Part shown: positions 1 to 11,784 of the stretch, in pieces
How the letters are laid out: every line of letters starts with the position of its first letter
How positions within the stretch are numbered: position 1 is the stretch's first letter
NCBI GenBank assembly: GCA_964016885.1
Contig: OZ024744.1
Coordinates: 16,244,001 to 16,308,000, forward strand
DNA: 64,000 nt
Direction: 5' to 3'
Origin: Eledone cirrhosa
Taxonomy: Eukaryota
Program-made: the position numbers and the translations under genes
The notes under the pieces: model-generated
Told to the model about the DNA's origin: nothing
Database searches by the model: none
What the model saw: only the letters and a program-made list of their open reading frames with translations

Positions 1-3000
1 TGGAGAAGGAGAGAATGAAGGAAGTTGAAGAAGGAGAATCTGAAAGAAGTTGGAGAAGGAGAGTATGAAGGAAGTTGGAGAAGGAGAATCTGAAGGAAGT
101 TGGAGAAAAAGAGTATGAAGGAAGTTGGGGAAGAAGGTATGAAGGAAGTTGGAGAAGAAGAATATGAATTAAGTTGGGGAAGAAGGTATGAAAGAAGTTG
201 GAGAAGGAGAATATGAAGGAAGTTGAAGGAGGAGAATATGAAGGAAGTTGAAGAAGGAAAATATGAAAGAAGTTGGAGAAGGAGAGTATGCAGGAAGTTA
301 GAGAAGGAGAGTATGAAGTAAGTTGGAGATGGAGAGTATGAAGGAAGATGAATAAGGAGAATATCAAGGAAGTTGGAGAAGGAGAGTGTGATTGAAGTTG
401 GAGAAGGAGAGTATGAAGGACGTTGGAGAAGGAGAATATGAAGGAAGTTGGAAAAGGAGAGTATGAAGGAGGTTGGAGGAGGAGAGTATGAAAGAAGTTG
501 GAGATGGAGAATATGAAGGAAGTTGGAGAAGGATAATATGAAGGAAGTTGGAGGAGGAGAGTATGAAGGAAGTTGGAGAAGGAGAATCTGACGGACGTTG
601 GAGAAGGAGAGTAGGAAAGAAGTTGGAGAAGGATAATATGAAGGAAGTTGGAAAAGGAGAGTATGAAGGAAGTTGGAGAAAGAGACTATGAAGGAAGTTG
701 GAGAAGGAAAGTATGAAGGAAGTTGGAGAAGGAGAGTATGAAGGAAGTTGCAGAAGGAGATTATGTAGGAAGTTGGAGAAGGAGAGTATGAAGGAAGTTG
801 GAGAAGGAGCGTATGAAGGAAGTTGGAGAAGTAGAATATGAAGGAAGTTGGGGAAGAAGGTATGAAGGAAGTTGGAGAAGGAGAGTCTGAAGGAAGTTGG
901 AGATGGAGAGTATGAAGGAAGTTGGAGATGGAGAGTATGAAGGAAGTTGAATAAGGAGAATATCAAGGAAGTTGGAGAAGGAGAGTGTGATTGAAGTTGG
1001 AGAAGAAGAGTATGAAGGAAGTTGGAGAAGGAGAATATGAAGGAAGTTGGAAAAGGAGATTATGAAGGAGGTTGGAGGAGGAGAGTATGAAGGAAGTTGG
1101 AGATGGAGAATATGAAGGAAGTTGGAGAAGGATAATATGAAGGAAGTTGGAGGAAGAAAATATGAAGGAAGTTGGAGGAGGAGAGTATGAAGGAAGTTGG
1201 AGAAGCAGAATATGAAGGAAATTGGAGAAGGAGCGTATGAAGGAAGTTGGAGAAAAAGAATATGAAGGAAGTTGTGGAAGAAGGTATGAAGGAAGTTGGA
1301 GAAGGAGAGTATGAAGAAAGTTGGAGAAGGAGAGTATGAAGGAAGTTGAAGGAAGAAAATATGAAGGAAGTTGGAGGAGGAGAATATGAAGGAATTTGGA
1401 GAAGGAGAATTTGAAGGAAGTTGGAGAAGGAAAATATGAAGGATGTTGGAGAAGGATAATATGAAAGAAGTTGGAGAAGGAGAGTATGAAGGAAGTTGGA
1501 GAAGGAGAGTATGAAGGAAGTTGGAGAAGGAGATTATGAAGGAAGTTGGAGAAGGAGAGTATGAAGGAAGTTGGAGAAGGAGAGTATGAAGGAAGTTGAA
1601 TGAAGAAAATATGAAGGAAGTTGGAGGAGAATATGAAGGATGTTGGAGAAGGAAAATATGAAGGACGTTGGAGAAGGATAATATGAAAGAAGTTGGAGAA
1701 GGAGAGTATGAAGGAAGTTGGAGAAGGAGAGTATGAAGGAAGTTGGAGAAGGAGAGTATGAAGGAAGTTGGAGAAGGAGCGTATGAAGGAAGTTGGAGAA
1801 GGAGATTATGAAGGAAATTGGAGAAGGAGAGTATGAAGGAAGTTGGAGAAGGAGCGTATGAAGGAAGTTGGAGAAGGGGAGTATGAAGGAAGTTGAAGGA
1901 AGAAAATATGAAGGGAGTTGGAGGAGGAGAATATGAAGGAATTTGGAGAAGGAAAATATGAAGGATGTTGGAGAAGGATAATATGAAAGAAGTTGGAGAA
2001 GGAGAGTATGAAGAAAGTTGAATAAGGAGAATATGAAGGAAGTTGGAGAAGGAGAGTATAAAGGAAGTTGGAGAAGGAGAATATGAAGGAAGTTGGGGAA
2101 GAAGGTATGAAGGAAGTTGGAGAAGGAGAGTATGAAGGAAGTTGAAGGAGGAGAATATGAAGGAAGTTGAAGGAGGAGAATATGAACGAATTTGGAGAAG
2201 GAGAGTATGAAGGAAGTTGGAGAATGAGAATCTGAAGGAAGTTGGAGAAGGAGAGTATGAAGGAAGTTGAAGGAGAAGAATATGAAGGAAGTTGAAGAAA
2301 GAGAATCTGAAGGAAGTTGGAGAAGGAGAGTATGAAGGAAGTTGAAGAAGGAGAATATGAAGGAAGTTGGGGGAGGAGAATATGAAGGAAGTTGAAGGAG
2401 GAGAATATGAACGAAGTTGAAGAAGGAGAATATGAAGGAAGTTGAAGGAGGAGAATATGAAGGAAGTTGAAGAAGTAGAATCAGAAGGATGTTGGAGAAG
2501 GAGAGAATGAAGGAAGTTGAAGAAGGAGAATCTGTAAGAAGTTGGAGAAGGAGAGTATGAAGGAAGTTGGAGAAGGAGAATCTGAAGGAAGTTGGAGAAG
2601 GAGAGTATGAAGGAAGTTGAAGGTGAAGTATATGAAGGAAGTTGAAGAAGGAGAATCTGAAGGAAGTTGGAGAAAAAGAGTATGAAGGAAGTTGGGGAAG
2701 AAGGTATGAAGGAAGTTGGAGAAGAAGAATATGAAGGAAGTTGGGGAAGAAGGTATCAAGGAAGTTGGAGAAGAAGAATATGAATGAAGTTGGGGAAGAA
2801 GGTATGAAAGAAGTTGGAGAAGGAGAATATGAAGGAAGTTGAAGGAGGAGAATATGAAGGAAGTTGAAGAAGGAAAATATGAAAGAAGTTGGAGAAGGAG
2901 AGTATGCAGGAAGTTAGAGAAGGAGAGTATGAAGGAAGTTGGGGAAGAAGGTATGAAGGAAGTTGGAGAAGGAGAGTCTGAAGGAAGTTGGAGATGGAGA

Positions 3001-6000
3001 GTATGAAGTAAGTTGAAGAAAGAGAGTATGAAGGAAGTTGGAGAAGTAGAGTATGAAGGAAGTTGGAGATGGAGAGTATGAAGGAAGTTGGAAAAGGAGA
3101 GTATGAAGGAGGTTGGAGGAGGAGAGTATGAAGGAAGTTGGAGATGGAGAATATGAAGGAAGTTGGAGAAGGAAAATATGAAGGATGTTGGAGAAGGAGA
3201 GTATGAAGGAAGTTGTAGAAGGAGAGGATGAAGGAAGTTGGAGAAGGAGATTATGAAGGAAGTTGGAGAAGGAGAGTATGAAGGAAGTTGGAGAAGGAGC
3301 GTATGAAGGAAGTTGGAGAAGGAGAGTATGAAGAAAGTTGAATAAGGAGAACATGAAGGAAGTTGGAGAAGGAGAGTATGAAGGAAGTTGGAGAAGAAGA
3401 ATATGAAGGAAGTTGGGGAAGAAGGTATGAAGGAAGTTGAAGGAAGAAAATATGAAGGAAGTTGGAGAAGGAGAGTATGAAGGAAGTTGGAGAAGGAGAA
3501 GTATGAAGGAAGTTGAAGAAGTAGATTATGAAGGAAGTTGGAGAAGAAGAGTATGAAGGAAGTTGAAGGAGGAGAACATGAAGGAAGTTGAAGAAGGAGA
3601 ATCTGAAGGAAGTTGGAGAAGGAGAGTATGAAGGAAGTTGAAGGAGGAGAATATGAAGGAAGTTGAAGTAGGAGAATATGAACGAATTTGGAGAAGGAGA
3701 GTATGAAGGAAGTTGGAGAATGAGAATCTGAAGGAAGTTGGAGAAGGAGAGTATGAAGTAAGTTGGAGAAGGAGAATCTGTAGGAAGTTGGAGAAGGAGA
3801 GTATGAAGGAAGTTGAAGAAGGAGAATCTGAAGGAAGTTGGAGAAGGAGAGTATGAAGGAAGTTGGGGGAGGAGAATATGAAGGAAGTTGAAGGAGGAGA
3901 ATATGAACGAAGTTGAAGAAGGAGAATATGAAGGAAGTTGAAGGGGGAGAATATGAAGGAAGTTGAAGATGGAGAATCAGAAGGAAGTTGGAGAAGGAGA
4001 GAATGAAGGAAGTTGAAGCAGGAGAATCTGAAGGAAGTTGGAAAAGGAGAGTATGAAGGAAGTTGGAGAAGAAGAACCTGAAGGAAGTTGGAGAAAGAGA
4101 GTATGATGGAAGTTGAAGCAGGAGAATATGAAGGAAGTTGGAGGAGGAGAGTATGAAGGAAGTTGGAGAAGAATCTGAAGGAAGTTGGAGAAGGAGAGTA
4201 TGAAGGAAGTTGAAGGACAAGAATATGAAGGAAGTTGAAGGAGAATCTGAAGGAAGTTGGAGAAGGAGAATATGAAGGAAGTTGAAGAAGGAGAATCTGA
4301 AGGAAGTTGGAGATGGAGAGTATGAAGGAAGTTAGAGAAGGAGAATATGAAGGAAATTGAAGGAAGAGTATATGAACGAAGTTGGAGAAGGAGAATATGA
4401 AGGAAGTTGAAGGAGAAGAATATGAAGGAAGTTGAAGAAGGAGAATCAGAAGGAAGTTGGAGAAGGAGAGTATGAAGGAAGTTGAAGAAGGAGAATCTGA
4501 AAGAAGTTGGAGAAGGAGAGTATGAAAGAAGTTGGAGAAGGAGAGTATGAAGGAATTTGAAGAAGGAGAATCTGAAGGAAGTTGGAGGAGAGTATGAAGG
4601 AAGTTGGAGAAAGAGAGTATGAAGGAAGTTGAAGGAGGAGTATATGAACGAAGTTGGAGATGGAGAATATGAAGAAAGTTGAAGTAGGAGAATATGAAGT
4701 AAGTTGAAGAAGGAGAATCAGAAGGAAGTTGGAGAAGGAGGATATGAAGGAAGTTGAAGGAGCAGAATATGAAGGAAGAGGGAGAAGGAGAGTATGAAGG
4801 AAGTTGGAGAAGGAGAATATGAAGGAATTTGGAGAAGGAGAGTATGAAGGAAGTTGGAGAAGGAGAATATGAAGAAAGTTGAAGGAGGAGAATATGAAGG
4901 AAGTTGGAGGAGGAGAGTATGAAGGAAGTTGGAGAAGGAGAGTATGAAGGAGGTTGGAGAAGGAGAATATGAAGGAAGTTGGAGAAGGAGAGTATGAAGG
5001 AGCTTGGAATTGTAGAGTATGAAGGAAGTTAGAGAAGGATAATATGAAGGAAGTTGGAGAAGCAGAGTATGAAGGATGTTGGAGAAGGAGAGTATGAAGG
5101 AAGTTGAAGAAGGAGAGTATGAAGGAAGTTTGAGAAGGAGAATCTGACGGACGTTGGAGAAGGAGAGTAGGAAAGAAGTTGGAGAAGGATAATATGAAGG
5201 AAGTTGGATAAGGAGAATATGAAGGAAGTTGAAGGAGGAGAATATTAAAGAAGTTGGAAAAGGAGAGTATGAAGGAAGTTGGAGAAAGAGAATCTGAAGG
5301 AAGTTGGAGAAGGAGAGTATGAAGGAAGTTGGAGAAGGAGACTATGAAGGAAGTTGGAGAAGGAAAGTATGAAGGATGTTGGAGAAGGAAAGTATGAAGG
5401 AAGTTGGAGAAGGGGATTATGAAGTAAGTTGGAGAAGGCGAGTATGAAGGAAGTTGGAGAAGGAGCGTATGATGGAAGTTGGAGAAGGAGATTATGAAGG
5501 AAGTTGAATAAGGAGAATATGAAGGAAGTTGGAGAAGGAGAGTATGAAGGAAGTTGGAGAAGGAGAGTATGAAGGGGGCTGGAGGAGGAGAATATGAAGG
5601 AAGTTGGAGAAGGAGAGTATGAAGGAAGTTGGAGAAGTAGAATATGCAGGAAGTTGGGGAAGAAGGTATGAAGGAAGTTGGAGAAGGAGAGTCTGAAGGA
5701 AGTTGGAGATGGAGAGTATGAAGGAAGTTGAAGAAGGAGAGTATGAAGGAAGTTGGAGAAGTAGAGTATGAAGGAAGTTGGAGATGGAGAGTATGAAAGA
5801 AGTTGAATAAGGAGAATATCAAGGAAGTTGAAGAAGGAGAATATGAAGGAAGTTGGAGAAGGAGAGTATGAAGGAAGTTGAAGGAGAAGAATATGAAGGA
5901 AGTTGAAGGAGGAGAATATCAAGGAAGTTGGAAAAGGAGATTATGAAGGAGGTTGGAGGAGGAGAGTATGAAGGAAGTTGGAGATGGAGAATATGAAGGA

Positions 6001-9000
6001 AGTTGGAGAAGGAGAGTATGAAGGAAGTTGGAGAAGGAAAGTATGAAGGAAGTTGAAGGGAGAAAATTTGAAGGAAGTTGGAGAAGGAGAGTATAAAGGA
6101 AGTTGGAGAAGGAGAATATGAAGGAAGTTGAAGAAGGAGAATATGAAGGAAGTTGCAGAAGGATAATATGAAGGAAGTTGGAGAAGGAGAGTATGAAGGA
6201 AGTTGGAGAAGGCGAGTATGAAGGAAATTGGAGAAGGAGAGTATGAAGGAGATTGGAGGGGGAGAGTATGAAGGAAGTTGGAGAAGCAGAATATGAAGGA
6301 AATTGGAGAAGGAGCGTATGAAGGAAGTTGGAGAAAAAGAATATGAAGGAAGTTGTGGAAGAAGGTATGAAGGAAGTTGGAGAAGGAGAGTATGAAGAAA
6401 GTTGGAGAAGGAGAGTATGAAGAAAGTTGAAGGAAGAAAATATGAAGGAAGTTGGAGGAGGAGAATATGAAGGAAGTTGGAGAAGGAGAATATGAAGGAA
6501 TTTGGAGGAGGAAAATATGAAGGATGTTGGAGAAGGATAATATGAAAGAAGTTGGAGAAGGAGAGTATGAAGGAAGTTGGAGAAGGAGATTATGAAGGAA
6601 GTTGGAGAAGGAGAGTATGAAGGAAGTTGGAGAAGGAGCGTATGAAGGAAGTTGAAGGAGGAGAATATGAAGGAAGTTGAAGAAGCAGAATATGAAGGAA
6701 GTTAGAGAAGGAGAGTATGAAGGAAGTTGAATGAAGAAAATATGAAGGAAGTTGGAGGAGAATATGAAGGAAGTTGGAGAAGGCAAATATGAAGGACGTT
6801 GGAGAAGGATAATATGAAAAAAGTTGGAGTAGGAGAGTATGAAGGAAGTTGGAGAAGGAGAGTATGAAGGAAGTTGGAGAAGGAGAGTATGAAGGAAGTT
6901 GGAGAAGGAGCGTATGAAGGAAGTTGGAGAAGGAGATTATGAAGGAAGTTGGAGAAGGAGAGTATGAAGGAAGTTGGAGAAGGAGCGTATGAAGGAAGTT
7001 GGAGAAGGGGAGTATGAAGGAAGTTGAAGAAGGAGAATCTGAAGGAAGTTGGAGAAGGAGAGTATGAACGAAGTTGAAGAAGGAGAATATGAAGGAAGTT
7101 GAAGAAGGAGAATCAGAAGGAAGTTGGAGAAGGAGAGAATGAAGGAAGTTGAAGAAGGAGAATCTGAAAGAAGTTGGAGAAGGAGAGTATGAAGGAAGTT
7201 GGAGAAGGAGAATCTGAAGGAAGTTGGAGAAGGAGAGTATGAAGGAAGTTGAATGTGAAGTATATGAAGGAAGTTGAAGAAGGAGAATCTGAAGGAAGTT
7301 GGAGAAAAAGAGTATGAAGGAAGTTGGGGAAGAAGGTATGAAGGAAGTTGGAGAAGAAGAATATGAATTAAGTTGGGGAAGAATGTATGAAAGAAGTTGG
7401 AGGAGGAGAATATGAAGGAAGTTGAAGGAGGAGAATATGAAGGAAGTTGAAGAAGGAAAATATGAAAGAAGTTGGAGAAGGAGAGTATGCAGGAAGTTAG
7501 AGAAGGAGAGTATGATGTAAGTTGGAGATGGAGAGTATGAAGGAAGTTGAATAAGGAGAATATCAAGGAAGTTGGAGAAGGAGAGTGTGATTGAAGTTGG
7601 AGACGGAGAGTATGAAGGAAGTTGGAGAAGGAGAATATGAAGGAAGTTGGAAAAGGAGAGTATGAAGCAGGTTGGAGGAGGAGAGTATGAAAGAAGTTGG
7701 AGATGGAGTATATGAAGGAAGTTGGAGAAGGATAATATGAAGGAAGTTGGAGGAGGAGAGTATGAAGGAAGTTGGAGAAGGAGAATCTGACGGACGTTGG
7801 AGAAGGAGAGTAGGAAAGAAGTTGGAAAAGGATAATATGAAGGAAGTTGAAGGAGGAGAATATTAAAGAAGTTGGAAAAGGAGAGTATGAAGGAAGTTGG
7901 AGAAAGAGAATCTGAAGGAAGTTGGAGAAGGAGAGTATGAAGGAATTTGGAGAAGGAGATTATGTAGGAAGTTGGAGAAGGAGAGTATGAAGGAAGTTGG
8001 AGAAAGAGCGTATGATGGAAGTTGGAGAAGGAGATTATGAAGGAAGTTGAATAAGGAGAATATGAAGGAAGTTGGAGAAGGAGAGTATGAAGGAAGTTGA
8101 AGAAGGAGAGTATGAAGGGGGCTGGAGGAGGAGAATATGAAGGAAGTTGGAGAAGGAGAGTATGAAGGAAGTTGGAGAAGTAGAATATGAAGGAAGTTGG
8201 GGAAGAAGGTATGAAGGAAGTTGGAGAAGGAGAGTCTGAAGGAAGTTGGAGATGGAGAGTATGAAGGAAGTTGAAGAAGGAGAGTATGAAGGAAGTTGGA
8301 GAAGTAGAGTATGAAGGAAGTTGGAGAAGAAGAGTATGTAGGAAGTTGGAGAAGGAGAATATGAAGGAAGTTGGAAAAGGAGAGTATAAAGGAGGTTGGA
8401 GGAGAAGAGTATGAAGGAAGTTGGAGATGGAGAATAGGAAGGAAGTTGGAGAAGGATAATATGAAGGAAGTTGGAGAAGGAGTGTATGAAGGAAGTTGGA
8501 GAAGGAGAATATGAAGGAAGTTGAAGGAGGAGAATATGAAGGAAGTTGAAGAAGGAGAATATGAAGGAAGTTGGAGAAGGAGAGTATGAAGGAAGTTGAA
8601 GGAAGAAAATATGAAGGAAGTTGGTGAAGTAGAGTATGAAGGAAGTTGGAGAAGGAGAATATGAAGGAAGTTGAAGAAGGAGAATATGAAGGAAGTTGCA
8701 GAAGGATAATATGAAGGAAGTTGGAGAAGGAGAGTATGAAGGAAGTTGGAGAAGGCGAGTATGAAGGAAATTGGAGAAGGAGAGTATGAAGGAGGTTGGA
8801 GGAGGAGAGTATGAAGGAATTTGGAGAAGGAGAATATGAAGGAAATTGGAGAAGGAGCGTATGAAGGAAGTTGGAGAAAAAGAATATGAAGGAATTTGTG
8901 GAAGAAGGTATGAAGGAAGTTGGGGAAGGAGAGTATGAAGAAAGTTGGAGAAGGAGAGTATGAAGGAAGTTGAAGGAAGAAAATATGAAGGAAGTTGGAG

Positions 9001-11784
9001 GAGGAGAATATGAAGGAAGTTGGAGAAGGAGAATATGAAGGAAGTTGGAGAAGGAAAATATGAAGGATGTTGGAGAAGGATAATATGAAAGAAGTTGGAG
9101 AAGGAGAGTATGAAGGAAGTTTGAGAAGGAGATTATGAAGGAAGTTGGAGAAGGAGAGTATGAAGGAAGTTGGAGAAGGAGCGTATGAAGGAAGTTGAAG
9201 GAGGAGAATATGAAGGAAGTTGAAGAAGGAGAATATGAAGGAAGTTGGAGAAGGAGAGTATGAAAGAAGTTGAAGGTAGAAAATATGAAGGAAGTTGGAG
9301 GAGATTATGAAGGAAGTTGGAGAAGGAAAATATGAAGGATGTTGGAGAAGGATAATATGAAGGAAGTTGGAGAAGGAGAGTATGAAGGAAGTTGTAGAAG
9401 GAGCGTATGAAGGAAGTTGGGGAAGGAGATTATGAAGGAAGTTGGAGAAGGAGAGTATGAAGGAAGTTGGAGAAGGAGCGTATGAAGGAAGTTGGAGAAG
9501 GAGAGTATGAAGGAAGTTGAAGGAAGAAAATATGAAGGAAGTTGGAGGAGGAGAATATGAAGGAATTTGGAGAAGGAAAATATGAAGGATGTTGGAGAAG
9601 GATAATATGAAAGAAGTTGGAGAAGGAGAGTATGAAGAAAGTTGAATAAGGAGAATATGAAGGAAGTTGGAGAAGGAGAGTATGAAGGAAGTTGGAGAAG
9701 GAGAATATGAAGGAAGTTGGGGAAGAAGGTATGAAGGAAGTTGGAGAAGGAGAGTATGAAGGAAGTTGGAGAAGGAGAGTATGAAGGAAGTTGGAGAAGG
9801 AGAGTATGAAGGAAGTTGAAGAAGGAGAATCTGAAGGAAGTTGGAGAAAGAGAGTATGAAGGAAGTTGAAGGAGGAGAATATGAAGGAAGTTGAAGGAGG
9901 AGAATATGAACGAATTTGGAGAAGGAGAGTATGAAGGAAGTTGGAGAAGGAGAATCTGAAGGAGGTTGGAGAAGGAGAGTATGAAGGAAGTTGAAGGAGA
10001 AGAATATGAAGGAAGTTGAAGAAAGAGAATCTGAAGGAAGTTGGAGAAGGAGAGTATGAAGGAAGTTGAAGAAGGAGAATCCGAAGGAAGTTGGAGAAGG
10101 AGAGTGTGAAGGAAGTTGGGGGAGGAGAATATGAAGGAAGTTGAAGGAGGAGAATATGAACGAAGATGAAGAAGGAGAATATGAAGGAAGTTGAAGGAGG
10201 AGAATATGAAGGAAGTTGAAGAAGGAGAATCAGAAAGAAGTTGGAGAAGGAGAGTATGAAGGAAGTTGGAGAAGGAGAATCTGAAGGAAGTTGGAGAAGG
10301 AGAGTATGAAGGAAGTTGGAGAAGGAGAATATGAAGGAAGTTGGGGAAGAAGGTATGAAGGAAGTTGGAGAAGGAGAGTATGAAGGAAGTTGAAGGAGGA
10401 GAATATGAAGGAAGTTGAAGGAGGAGAATATGAACGAATTTGGAGAAGGAGAGTATGAAGGAAGTTGGAGAATGAGAATCTGAAGGAAGTTGGAGAAGGA
10501 GAGTATGAAGGAAGTTGAAGGAGAAGAATATGAAGGAAGTTGAAGAAAGAGAATCTGAAGGAAGTTGGAGAAGGAGAGTATGAAGGAAGTTGAAGAAGGA
10601 GAATCTGAAGGAAGTTGGAGAAGGAGAATATGAAGGAAGTTGGGGGAGGAGAATATGAAGGAAGTTGAAGGAGGAGAATATGAACGAAGTTGAAGAAGGA
10701 GAATATGAAGGAAGTTGAAGGAGGAGAATATGAAGGAAGTTGAAGAAGGAGAATCAGAAGGATGTTGGAGAAGGAGAGAATGAAGCAAGTTGAAGAAGGA
10801 GAATCTGTAAGAAGTTGGAGAAGGAGAGTATGAAGGAAGTTGGAGAAGGAGAATCTGAAGGAAGTTGGAGAAGGAGAGTATGAAGGAAGTTGAAGGTGAA
10901 GTATATGAAGGAAGTTGAAGAAGGAGAATCTGAAGGAAGTTGGAGAAAAAGAGTATGAAGGAAGTTGGGGAAGAAGGTATGAAGGAAGTTGGAGAAGAAG
11001 AATATGAAGGAAGTTGGGGAAGAAGGTATCAAGGAAGTTGGAGAAGAAGAATATGAATGAAGTTGGGGAAGAAGGTATGAAAGAAGTTGGAGAAGGAGAA
11101 TATGAAGGAAGTTGAAGGAGGAGAATATGAAGGAAGTTGAAGAAGGAAAATATGAAAGAAGTTGGAGAAGGAGAGTATGCAGGAAGTTGGAGAAGGAGAG
11201 TATGAAGGAAGTTGAAGAAGGAGAATAAGAAGGAAGTTGGAGAAGGAGAGTATGAAGGAAGTTGAAGGAGGAGAATATGAAGGAATTTGAAGAAGGAGAA
11301 TCTGAAGGAAGTTGGAGAAAGAGAGTATGAAGGAAGTTGAAGGAGGAGAATATGAAGGAAGTTGAAGAAGGAGAGTATGAAGGAAGTTGGAGAAGGAGAG
11401 TATGAAGGAAGTTGGAGAAGGAGAATATGAAGGAAGTTGAAGGAGGAGAATATGAACGAATTTGGAGAAGGAGAGTATGAAGGAAGTTGGAGAAGGAGAA
11501 TCTGAAGGAAGTTGGAGAAGGAGAGTATGAAGGAAGTTGAAGGAGAAGAATATGAAGGAAGTTGAAGAAAGAGAATCTGAAGGAAGTTGGAGAAGGAGAG
11601 TATGAAGGAAGTTGAAGGAGAATCTGAAGGAAGTTGGAGAAGGAGAGTATGAAGGAAGTTGGGGGAGGAGAATATGAAGGAAGTTGAATGAGGAGAATAT
11701 GAACGAAGTTGAAGAAGGAGAATATGAAGGAAGTTGAAGGAGGAGAATATGAAGGAAGTTGAAGAAGGAGAATCAGAAGGAAGT
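1..11784 (+). repeat. ~11.8-12.0 kb higher-order repeat, copy 1
   Basis: Position 1 matches 11785. Near-identical pseudo-ORFs sit at 364-966 and 12148-12750 (offset 11784), 2481 and 14365 (11884), 4220 and 16204 (11984), and 6937-7566 and 18896-19525 (11959). Offsets shift only by whole monomers. Confidence 0.9.
10340..11190 (+). repeat. ~0.85 kb internal duplicate of ~2070-2920
   Basis: TCTGTAAGAAG at 2531 and 10804 (offset 8273). GGTATCAAGG is shared. Pseudo-ORF ends at 2481 and 10754 show the same offset. Confidence 0.8.
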
